From positions 132,342-196,341 of the forward strand of contig JAYRIP010000004.1 of assembly GCA_041906765.1 (NCBI GenBank): DNA of 64,000 nucleotides, read 5' to 3'. Positions within the stretch are counted from its first letter, which is position 1, and each line of letters opens with the position of its first letter. Shown here one piece after another: positions 27,883-36,775 of this stretch. The DNA is from Candidatus Saccharimonadales bacterium. GTDB lineage: Bacteria > Patescibacteriota > Saccharimonadia > Saccharimonadales > JAYRRP01. Below the pieces are notes generated by a model, which did not search any database, had not been told where the DNA came from, and saw nothing but the letters and a program-made list of their open reading frames with translations. A program made the position numbers and the translations under genes.

Positions 27883-28446
27883 TTATACAGTCATGATTTC
27901 CTGTTCTTTAGCTTTGGCAGCGCTTTCCGCCTCCAGCCTCGTCTTGGACATCAGTTCTTCAACTTGAACCGCCAAACGTTTTGCCTCGTCTTCGCCAATT
28001 TCTTTAGCTTTTTTGGCCTGATCGATAACACTGATCGCCTCATGGCGAATATTACGCATTATGATCATAGTATCCTCAAGCTTGGCGCCCACTTGTTTGC
28101 TAATTTCACGGCGTCGTTCTTCTGTTAAGGGTGGAATTGACACGCGCACTACCCGACCATCGTCTGTCGGGTTTAAACCAAGAGACTGATTGTCGCGTAT
28201 GGCGGCACTAATTGCCTGCAGATTATTTGGGTCAAACGGCGTAATCTGAAGTAATTGAGCCTCTGGAGCAGTCACATTTGCTACTTGGTTCAATGGTAAT
28301 GACGAACCATATACTTCTACCGTAATACCATCAAGCATGGCAGCGTTCGCTCGGCCAGTACGTAATTTTTTAAGTTCTTCTTTGAAGTGAGTTATCGCGG
28401 CAGCGAGTTTTTGTTTAGTCTTTTCTGCGACTTGGCTTACGTCCAT
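27883..28446 (-). CDS. frr: ribosome recycling factor
   Basis: 187 aa with LRTGRANAAMLDGITVEVYGS...IPPLTEERRREISKQ. Confidence 0.95.
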   Translation of the reverse strand: MDVSQVAEKTKQKLAAAITHFKEELKKLRTGRANAAMLDGITVEVYGSSLPLNQVANVTAPEAQLLQITPFDPNNLQAISAAIRDNQSLGLNPTDDGRVVRVSIPPLTEERRREISKQVGAKLEDTMIIMRNIRHEAISVIDQAKKAKEIGEDEAKRLAVQVEELMSKTRLEAESAAKAKEQEIMTV

Positions 28447-28528
28447 ATCCTCCCTTTGTTTATATTTCTATTGTAACAAAAGTGGGGACATATATAGTTA
28501 CAGGTGTTTATCGACGACTGCGCAAGTG

Positions 28529-29122
28529 CTACTTCTCACCAAGTTGCATGCGGTTCATGCGACGAACTACAATATTCTCGCCTAATTTCGCAATATGCTC
28601 TTTGACAAGCTCGCCAACTGTTTGATCAGGGTTCTTAATAAACGGCTGATCCATCAAACAACGTTCTGCAAAGTGTTTCTTTACCATACCATCAACGATT
28701 TTTTCAATTATATCGGCTGGTTTACCTTCGCTTTTCGCCTTTTCAGCAAATTCATCCCTTACCTTTTGTAGTGCATCCGAAGGCACATCTTCGGTACTTA
28801 CATACTGTGGGTTACTCGCCGCAATGTGCATACTAATGTCTTTGACAAGCCCAGTAAAGATCTCGTTGCGGGCTACAAAGTCAGTCTCACAATTCACCTC
28901 TACCGTCACACCAATACGGCCATCATGGTTGTACGTACCAATTACTCCAGCCCGAGCTTCGCGTTCGCCACGCTTTTCAGCTTTAGTAAGGCCTTTCTTG
29001 CGCATCGCATCCAAAGCCTTGTCAAAGTTGCCATTAGCGTCTTCAAGTGCTTTCTTTGCATCTGTAATACCCACACCAGTGAGTTCACGAAGACGCTTTA
29101 TTTCTTCGATGGGCACTGTCAT
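28529..29122 (-). CDS. tsf: elongation factor Ts (short form)
   Basis: UBA-like N-terminus (IKRLRELTGVGITDAKKALEDANGNFDKALDAMRKKG) and VEVNCETDFVARN. At 197 aa it lacks the duplicated core of long EF-Ts. Confidence 0.93.
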   Translation of the reverse strand: MTVPIEEIKRLRELTGVGITDAKKALEDANGNFDKALDAMRKKGLTKAEKRGEREARAGVIGTYNHDGRIGVTVEVNCETDFVARNEIFTGLVKDISMHIAASNPQYVSTEDVPSDALQKVRDEFAEKAKSEGKPADIIEKIVDGMVKKHFAERCLMDQPFIKNPDQTVGELVKEHIAKLGENIVVRRMNRMQLGEK

Positions 29123-29904
29123 TTTTGTGACTCCTCGGTTTGCTTTTTGGCCGCGGTGGCTGTCTGAGAGCTGTTAGCTTGTTCCTTGTCAGCACTTTTT
29201 TCGTTCTTTTGGTGCTTGGCTTTACCAGTAAGTATTGCTGCTTCAACATACCCTGCAATCAATTGCAGAGTTTTAATCGCGTCGTCGTTAGCCGGAATAG
29301 GATAGTTTATGTCGGTCGGATCCGCATTGGTATCAACAATAGCGACTAAAGGCAAACCGAGTTTCTTGGCTTCCCTTACTGCGTTAGCATCATGTAAAAC
29401 ATCGAATACTAGAACTGCTCCTGGACGCGGTGCAAGGTTTTTTACTCCTCCATACAAAAAGTTCATCTGGTCGATTTCTTCTTGGAAACGCTGAATTTCG
29501 AGCTTGTTATACTTTGCCGCCAGCTCGCCACTCTCCATCTTTGTCTCTAGTCCTTTAAGATACTTGATGCGGCCACCGATGGTTTTATGATTGGTTAGCA
29601 TGCCACCTAGCCAGCGTTCAGACACATATGGCATACCTGTATCTTCCCCAAGCTTCTGTACAATTTCTTTCGCTTGTCGCTTGGTACCCACAAATAATAT
29701 TTGCTTGCCTTGCGACGTTGCCTCAGTAATAAAAGCAAGTGCCACCTGCAGACCCTCAACCGTCTGATTCAGATCAATAATATGTGCGTCACCACGTTTA
29801 CTGTGAATATACGGAGCCATCTTGGGGTGCCAACGGCTGGTTTTATGGCCAAAGTGGGCTCCGGCTTCCAATAACTTTTTGATATCTACATCTGCTGATG
29901 CCAT
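29119..29904 (-). CDS. rpsB: 30S ribosomal protein S2
   Basis: LLEAGAHFGHKTSRWHPKMAPYI...ILFVGTKRQA...RWLGGMLTN...VDTNADP. AAAGGA SD. Confidence 0.97.
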   Translation of the reverse strand: MASADVDIKKLLEAGAHFGHKTSRWHPKMAPYIHSKRGDAHIIDLNQTVEGLQVALAFITEATSQGKQILFVGTKRQAKEIVQKLGEDTGMPYVSERWLGGMLTNHKTIGGRIKYLKGLETKMESGELAAKYNKLEIQRFQEEIDQMNFLYGGVKNLAPRPGAVLVFDVLHDANAVREAKKLGLPLVAIVDTNADPTDINYPIPANDDAIKTLQLIAGYVEAAILTGKAKHQKNEKSADKEQANSSQTATAAKKQTEESQK

Positions 29905-30081
29905 CTATAATCCTTTCTCTTCGGTGGCAAGTTGCCCTCACTTGCCCTGCATGGGCTAAGCGAGGAGGATTCGTCTTACCACCTGCTTTATTTTAATTAA
30001 CATCAATAATAACAGATTAGCGCGCAGAGCACAACTGCCCTTGACCCACAAGTAACAGGGGTGTATACTTACCAGCTGATT

Positions 30082-30417
30082 ATGAAAAAAGGGTTACATC
30101 CAGACAATTACCGGCCAGTTGTGTTTCAAGACCTTAATAACAACACAACTTTCTTGACTCGTTCCACGGCAGCGAGTGAGGAAACCATCAAACTTGATGG
30201 CGTGGAATATCCATTGGTCAAGGTACATATTTCTAGTGCCTCTCATCCCTTCTTTACCGGCCAAGAAAAGTTAGTTGATGTCGAAGGTAGAGTTGACCGG
30301 TTTAAAGCGAAGGCTAAAGCAGCAGAGGCCGCAAAAGCTCAGCGCGCAAAATCTGCTGCTAAAAAGACAGCTCGAAAAAGTAACCAAGAAGCCAAACAGG
30401 CAGCGAAAGCCAAATAA
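30082..30417 (+). CDS. rpmE: 50S ribosomal protein L31 (type B, no CxxC zinc motif) with Lys/Ala-rich C-terminal tail
   Basis: [17 protein letters not shown]...[25 protein letters not shown] prefer the ATG at 30082 over GTG 30061. The tail is [37 protein letters not shown]. Confidence 0.9.
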   Translation: MKKGLHPDNYRPVVFQDLNNNTTFLTRSTAASEETIKLDGVEYPLVKVHISSASHPFFTGQEKLVDVEGRVDRFKAKAKAAEAAKAQRAKSAAKKTARKSNQEAKQAAKAK

Positions 30418-30438
30418 CACCTTCAACTTTGATTAAGA

Positions 30439-30465
30439 ACTGCCTACGGCAGTATCTGTTTTTCT
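30439..30465 (+). terminator. putative intrinsic terminator after rpmE
   Basis: ACTGCC-TAC-GGCAGT hairpin (6-bp stem) followed by ATCTGTTTTTCT. Confidence 0.45.
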
Positions 30466-30489
30466 AGTTTTGTATACTAAGGTTAAGCT

Positions 30490-31542
<1,053 letters not shown>

Positions 31543-31678
31543 AACCACCCATGGTTTGTGCGGATGGCCTTATTGACTGCAAAGCACATACTAGTTTAAT
31601 GCATAAATAAAATACCGTTAAATCTTCTGCAAACTTTATAGCACTAATGACCTTCGACAATTCCAAAATGTCAGAGCC

Positions 31679-32140
31679 TTAATAACGAAGTTTCCATAAA
31701 TTTACTCGTCCGTTATGCTTTTCCTCACGATCCGCAATAGCTTCGCAGTAGGCATAGTAGGATCTCATGGTGCTATTTACGCTATCGTCGTCGGTTCCAC
31801 CTATAAACACTCTTAGCAAAAAACTTCCGTGATCCAGATAACGCCTTGTGCTTGACTCCGTAGAATCGCGAAACCGCTGTTTTTGCTCTTCAGAATATAT
31901 ATTTGTACCAGGATCTAAGGTCAATGAATCCCAATGATCACTCTGATCCTCCCTATACTGCACATACTGTTTTACTGCGTCTTCAAGCACTTTAGGATCT
32001 GAGTCTCGAGAAATAACTTCGACAGATACACTGGGAAAATCTTCTGCAGCAGCTGTTCTATCATCAATTATGAAACTCGTTCCAGGATTAATCATCTCAA
32101 AAGAAGCTTTTGTAACTGGATACTGATTTTGATTAGCCAT
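31679..32140 (-). CDS. hypothetical acidic protein (ORFan-like)
   Basis: 153-aa ORF with an AAAGGA SD 7 nt upstream. I recognise no motif. AT-rich flanks. It lies on the opposite strand between prfA and prmC. Confidence 0.55.
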   Translation of the reverse strand: MANQNQYPVTKASFEMINPGTSFIIDDRTAAAEDFPSVSVEVISRDSDPKVLEDAVKQYVQYREDQSDHWDSLTLDPGTNIYSEEQKQRFRDSTESSTRRYLDHGSFLLRVFIGGTDDDSVNSTMRSYYAYCEAIADREEKHNGRVNLWKLRY

Positions 32141-32185
32141 AATCTATGTCCTTTCGTTTTTCGAAATTTAAACATTACTATAATA

Positions 32186-32199
32186 CTCTCTCTCTCTCT
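32186..32199. repeat. (CT)7 dinucleotide microsatellite in the divergent promoter region
   Basis: Read directly as ACTCTCTCTCTCTCTG, immediately downstream of a TATAAT hexamer (32179-32184). Confidence 0.9.
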
Positions 32200-32261
32200 G
32201 AATTTGTCAATACTTTTCAATGTTTATAGCTAGTCGTCAAGATATAGCATTTTATACATGC

Positions 32262-32267
32262 TATACT
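32262..32267 (+). promoter_or_regulatory. -10 box (TATACT) 6 nt upstream of the prmC ATG
   Basis: GCTATACTtgcacgATG. No SD. Supports the start at 32274. Confidence 0.45.
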
Positions 32268-32273
32268 TGCACG

Positions 32274-33092
32274 ATGAAAATTAGCGATTGGCTGCATGAA
32301 GCTACTCAAACCCTGGAAACTCATGACATAGAAACAGCTCGGCTGGACTGTTTGATTCTTTTGGAAGATATTTTGGGCAAAGACAAGGCCTTCTTATTAG
32401 CTCACTCTGAGTTTGAAATTTCCAAGGCACAGCAACATAGGCTGGAAATGCAGATAAAACAGCGTCAAGATCACACTCCGTTGGCCTACATTCGCGGTAA
32501 GACAGAATTTTACGGCCGAGAATTTTTTGTAAACAAAGATGTTCTGGTGCCAAGACCCGAGTCGGAAACTATGGTTGAACTATTACTGCAGAGTGCCGTT
32601 AAAGACCAAGAAGTCCAAATCATCGACATTGGAACCGGCAGCGGGGCGCTGGCGATTTCTGCCAAATTGGAACTACCAAAAAGTACAGTTATTGGTATAG
32701 ATATAGACAAAAAATGCCTTACAGTTGCTAAGAAAAATGCCCTGCAGCTACAGGCCAACGTAACATTCATGCATGGAGACCTGCTTGAACCTATCAAAAA
32801 TAACACGCAAGCTAACGTATTATTATGCAATCTACCTTATATACCCGATAATTTTACCCTCAATCAGGCAGCCATGAATGAGCCACGACTGGCTATTTTT
32901 GGCGGAAAAGACGGTTTGGACTACTATCGTAAATTATTTGGTCAAATCAAGCAGCTTACCACGGTGCCTCAGCTTGTCCTTACCGAAGCCCTCCCCCTTC
33001 AGCACACAGCTCTCATGAGTATTGCTACTCATTACCAATACAAACAACTAACTTCCCAAGATTTTATTCAAGTTTTTACCCTAAGCCACTAG
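32274..33092 (+). CDS. prmC: release-factor glutamine N5-methyltransferase PrmC/HemK (catalytic motif reads NLPY)
   Basis: YIRGKTEFYGREF, the SAM motif IIDIGTGSGALAIS, and catalytic LLCNLPYIPD. I prefer ATG 32274 (MKISDWLHEA) over the ORF-track start 32220. Confidence 0.9.
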   Translation: MKISDWLHEATQTLETHDIETARLDCLILLEDILGKDKAFLLAHSEFEISKAQQHRLEMQIKQRQDHTPLAYIRGKTEFYGREFFVNKDVLVPRPESETMVELLLQSAVKDQEVQIIDIGTGSGALAISAKLELPKSTVIGIDIDKKCLTVAKKNALQLQANVTFMHGDLLEPIKNNTQANVLLCNLPYIPDNFTLNQAAMNEPRLAIFGGKDGLDYYRKLFGQIKQLTTVPQLVLTEALPLQHTALMSIATHYQYKQLTSQDFIQVFTLSH

Positions 33093-34288
33093 TTTTCAGG
33101 AGCAGCTTCGAGTGTTGTCTGAAGCGTCTGCTCTTTACCGTCACGTACAACGGTAATACTTACCTTATCGCCCACACTGAGTCTACCGAGTACCGAAGTA
33201 AGGCTATTATTTTCGTCGATCGGTGTATCGTTAATTTTTACGATAATATCCTTCTCTTTCAGGCCAGCTTTTTCAGCAGGACTACCACTTACCACCACCG
33301 GTTGGCCAGTACGGCCAGGGGCGAGATAGGCTCCTCGTTTTGTGTTGAGGTTATATTGATATGCAATATCATCCGTCAATGATATATAGCGAACCCCTAA
33401 GTATGGTCGAAGCAACTTACCCTGCTCCAGCACACTTTTAATCAGTCCCTTGACGTCATTAATAGGTATCGCGAAGCCGATATTTTCGGCGTTGCCTGCC
33501 ACAGCGGTGTTAATGCCGATAACTTCGCCGCCCATATTCATCAAGGGTCCACCCGAGTTACCCCGGTTGATAGCCGTGTCGGTCTGGAATAGATTCTGCA
33601 AGGTTTCGGAAGAGCTGCCACTATCGTCGCCAGCCTCAACACTGCGCCCATAACCAGAGATTATTCCTGAGGTCACCGTATTTTGAAACTGGCCGAGCGC
33701 ATTGCCGATGGCAATTACCTTATCACCTACTCTTACCTTACTAGAGTCACCCAGTTTAATTGGTGTGAGGGTTTTACCCTTTTTATCTTTAATCTTAAGG
33801 AAGGCAATATCAAGGGAGTCATTCTCACTTGTCCGGCCAATTACCTCTACATTATCAAGTTGGGTGCCATCAGAGAGAATAACACTGACACTACTGGTAC
33901 CTTGGGGTACTACATGACGATTCGTAACAACTACACCGTCAGCACTAATGATAAAACCGGTACCAGCACCTTGCTGAACACTCTCTTGCCCAAACATGGT
34001 CGTACCACCCGACGCCGTTACATTGATCGACACGACACTTGGTCCGGTATTACGAGCAATATCACTGATTAGCTGGCTCTCGCTGGATACAACCAGTTTT
34101 TGGGTATCATTATTCTGTAATGAATTATTGTTTCGCCGTGCCGCGGCACCAAGCCAACCTCCCAGAAAACCGACACTCAACACTGCAAGGAGTGCGAGTA
34201 GTATTGTGGCCACTTTTTTACGGCTTTCTTGCGTCATATAAGCATTAAAGCGAACTTTTTTGCGCCCCCCCGACGAAGTCAGTTTCAT
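33089..34288 (-). CDS. htrA: HtrA/DegP-family serine protease (S1C) with one PDZ domain
   Basis: N-terminal TM, the trypsin-like core (VVTNRHVV; DIAFLKI; TDTAINRGNSGGPL), and a C-terminal PDZ (GSPAEKAGLKEKDIIVKIN). Confidence 0.9.
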   Translation of the reverse strand: MKLTSSGGRKKVRFNAYMTQESRKKVATILLALLAVLSVGFLGGWLGAAARRNNNSLQNNDTQKLVVSSESQLISDIARNTGPSVVSINVTASGGTTMFGQESVQQGAGTGFIISADGVVVTNRHVVPQGTSSVSVILSDGTQLDNVEVIGRTSENDSLDIAFLKIKDKKGKTLTPIKLGDSSKVRVGDKVIAIGNALGQFQNTVTSGIISGYGRSVEAGDDSGSSSETLQNLFQTDTAINRGNSGGPLMNMGGEVIGINTAVAGNAENIGFAIPINDVKGLIKSVLEQGKLLRPYLGVRYISLTDDIAYQYNLNTKRGAYLAPGRTGQPVVVSGSPAEKAGLKEKDIIVKINDTPIDENNSLTSVLGRLSVGDKVSITVVRDGKEQTLQTTLEAAPEN

Positions 34289-34312
34289 AACTACCCCCTT
34301 ACCTATTTAATC

Positions 34313-35071
34313 TTACACGGCTTTGTCACCCCAATCTGAAAAGACCAACACAATAATGACAATAGCAAACATCACAAAGATAAGCTGACGCCTCAGTAAT
34401 AAAGACAATCGGTCGGTTTCTTCCAAGTAATAGATGCCTCCGAGCCCAAAACTGATTACAGCTAACAGCAATGCTGGTTGGGCAATTACACCGTAAAATA
34501 GTAGCCAGTGTGATAATACCCATACTAGTGAAGCACCAAAGTATGCCCAAGTATATGAGAGGAACCGGCTATATGTCTCCTCAAAACTAGTAAAAAAGTG
34601 CCGGGCTGCTGAATAACAGACCAACCAGGTGAGTAGCACCAGCAGCCATGTTCCCATGCCGCCGTACTGAAGAAATATTGCCACCAAACCTGCCAGTTGG
34701 CCAAGCAAAGCCTGCAAGGACACCCCCAACACGCCAGTTTGTCGCTTGATTACCAGTAGCCATACGCCATAGGCGACTGCCCACGCCAACTGTATCATCA
34801 TCGAAGCGCTATGGGTCATGAAAAGCACTATCGAGAGGCCGACAATAATATCAATGGCGTTTGCCCGAATATTCGCTGGCCAGTGGCGTGGTTTTACCGC
34901 AAACATCCGCCATTTACTAAGGATTATCACCACAACGGCTAAAGGTACGAAATTGGTGCGCACAAATACAAACACCAACGCCGGCAATAAGCTGGTTAAG
35001 GCAATATGGACGAAATGCGAAAATCCGCTGGCCGGTTTAATTTTGGCCGCTAGTTGTCTCATTAGCACCAA
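34313..35071 (-). CDS. polytopic membrane protein, unknown function
   Basis: 252 aa with about 7 hydrophobic helices and no recognisable motif. The 5' end overlaps the LCP gene's 3' end. Confidence 0.6.
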   Translation of the reverse strand: MVLMRQLAAKIKPASGFSHFVHIALTSLLPALVFVFVRTNFVPLAVVVIILSKWRMFAVKPRHWPANIRANAIDIIVGLSIVLFMTHSASMMIQLAWAVAYGVWLLVIKRQTGVLGVSLQALLGQLAGLVAIFLQYGGMGTWLLVLLTWLVCYSAARHFFTSFEETYSRFLSYTWAYFGASLVWVLSHWLLFYGVIAQPALLLAVISFGLGGIYYLEETDRLSLLLRRQLIFVMFAIVIIVLVFSDWGDKAV

Positions 35072-36683
35072 CTATTATAACAAAATCAGCTGTCCCCGAA
35101 GCGATGGCGTTATCCGGCAATTTATCGATTGCGGTAACACCAAGCCTCTTCTCCAAATAATGCTTGGTGTATTTCTTATTGCCGCCACGCAAATCAATCA
35201 AAACAGTCTGGCGATAGCTTTTGGTTGGTGCATCGCCAACTTGTGCTACGTAATAACCATAAGATTTCAATAAATCAGCTTTAGCGGTTGCTAAGCCTGG
35301 TCGGGTCGTACCATTCAATACTAAAATGCTGGCATTTTCCTTCTTTAGGTAGCTGTCACGTAAGGTATTACGGACATACGACTGGATTTCCTGATAATTG
35401 CCTATGCCGGCTTTCGGCACCACCACTGAGAGCCCACTGATAGAACTTGTCCGTACATATTCGTTTGGTGGATCAGCTAAACCAAGCGAGGTTACCTTAT
35501 CCGAGCCAACCTGTTTCGCAAGCTCATAGAGGCTTTTAACCTCATTTGAGCCAATATTTGTCTGAATATGATCGCCAAAGGCATCCATAAGTTGAGATAT
35601 TTTGATTGGGTTAGCAAAAGTACCTACACTAAAGATTTTTTGTTTAAGACCAACGAGAATTGCCCGCTGTCGCTCAGTCCGATCAAAATCTCCCCGTGGG
35701 CTGGTATGGCGCGAACGGGCATAGAATAACGCCCGTGTACCATCAAAATGCTGTTGCCCTGGCTGAACATTCAAGACGTAATTTCGGTGTGTCGATTCGT
35801 CCCAAAGGTTTTCATACACGGCTTGTTTAACGTTGAGATCAATACCGCCAACTGCGTTCACCCCATCCTTGAAAGCCTTAAAGTCGACAATAACATGTCT
35901 ATGGATCGGGATACCTATCACCTGCTCCACCGTCTTATCAATAGCGCTCAGTCCTGCTTCTTCAGCTTTGGCAGCCTGGTTGGGTGTCTTTTTCCCGCTC
36001 AGGGCAGCATATTTCGCGTTGGCATAGATGGAATTTATCTTTGTATACCCTCCGCCATTGGACGGTTTGACCCAAAGGTCCCGCGGTATACTCAATAGGC
36101 CAGCTTCCTTATGGACAGGATCAATGCTTGCCACCAGTATTGTATCTGTTAAATCAGGGGCTTCGTGACCATCACCGCCCTTGCCCAGCAGCAAGACATT
36201 GTAACGACCATCGCCCTCTACCTTAAGTGAATTCGGATCAACATCACCCTGCAACGCAGCTACCTCTTCGCCACCGCCCTTCAAGACCTTGCGCCATTTG
36301 AGATAGCCTTTGGTAAACAGTAAACCACCGGTGATAGCTATCGCCAAACATAAAACCAGCGCACTACGTTTCGCAACTTTACGCCATCCTAATTTTTTGG
36401 ACTCCTTTTTTTTCACATCATCATACAGTTTGGACCGCTTACGTGGGCCACGGCTTAAGGAAGCTGCTTTCCCCGGGGGTCCAATCAATGGATTACCAGC
36501 CGGATTAAAACCATCCTTCCGCTTAAAGTTATCGATGTGTTTTGCCACCACATCACCTGAAGCTGCCGATGCCGGCCGCCCAAAGTTAATACTGCCGGAT
36601 CGCTTTGGCGTCCGATCTTTAGTGACGATTCCGTCTACTGAAGCATGTCTAAGTGGCGATCTACGACGCCTGAAATTATCCAT
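35037..36683 (-). CDS. LytR-CpsA-Psr (LCP) family cell-envelope phosphotransferase
   Basis: A basic cytoplasmic tail, one TM, the LCP core (NVLLLGKGGDGHEAPDLTDTILVASIDP...LLSIPRDLWV...RSRH...DFDRTERQR), and a C-terminal LytR_C-like domain. Confidence 0.9.
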   Translation of the reverse strand: MDNFRRRRSPLRHASVDGIVTKDRTPKRSGSINFGRPASAASGDVVAKHIDNFKRKDGFNPAGNPLIGPPGKAASLSRGPRKRSKLYDDVKKKESKKLGWRKVAKRSALVLCLAIAITGGLLFTKGYLKWRKVLKGGGEEVAALQGDVDPNSLKVEGDGRYNVLLLGKGGDGHEAPDLTDTILVASIDPVHKEAGLLSIPRDLWVKPSNGGGYTKINSIYANAKYAALSGKKTPNQAAKAEEAGLSAIDKTVEQVIGIPIHRHVIVDFKAFKDGVNAVGGIDLNVKQAVYENLWDESTHRNYVLNVQPGQQHFDGTRALFYARSRHTSPRGDFDRTERQRAILVGLKQKIFSVGTFANPIKISQLMDAFGDHIQTNIGSNEVKSLYELAKQVGSDKVTSLGLADPPNEYVRTSSISGLSVVVPKAGIGNYQEIQSYVRNTLRDSYLKKENASILVLNGTTRPGLATAKADLLKSYGYYVAQVGDAPTKSYRQTVLIDLRGGNKKYTKHYLEKRLGVTAIDKLPDNAIASGTADFVIIVGANETTSGQN

Positions 36684-36775
36684 AATCGCGTCTGTTTAGT
36701 ATATCGTTTCATGACCAAAACGTAAATGTGTAAACATGTGCATAATCGTGCCTTTTGAGCTATAGTTGAACCGAA

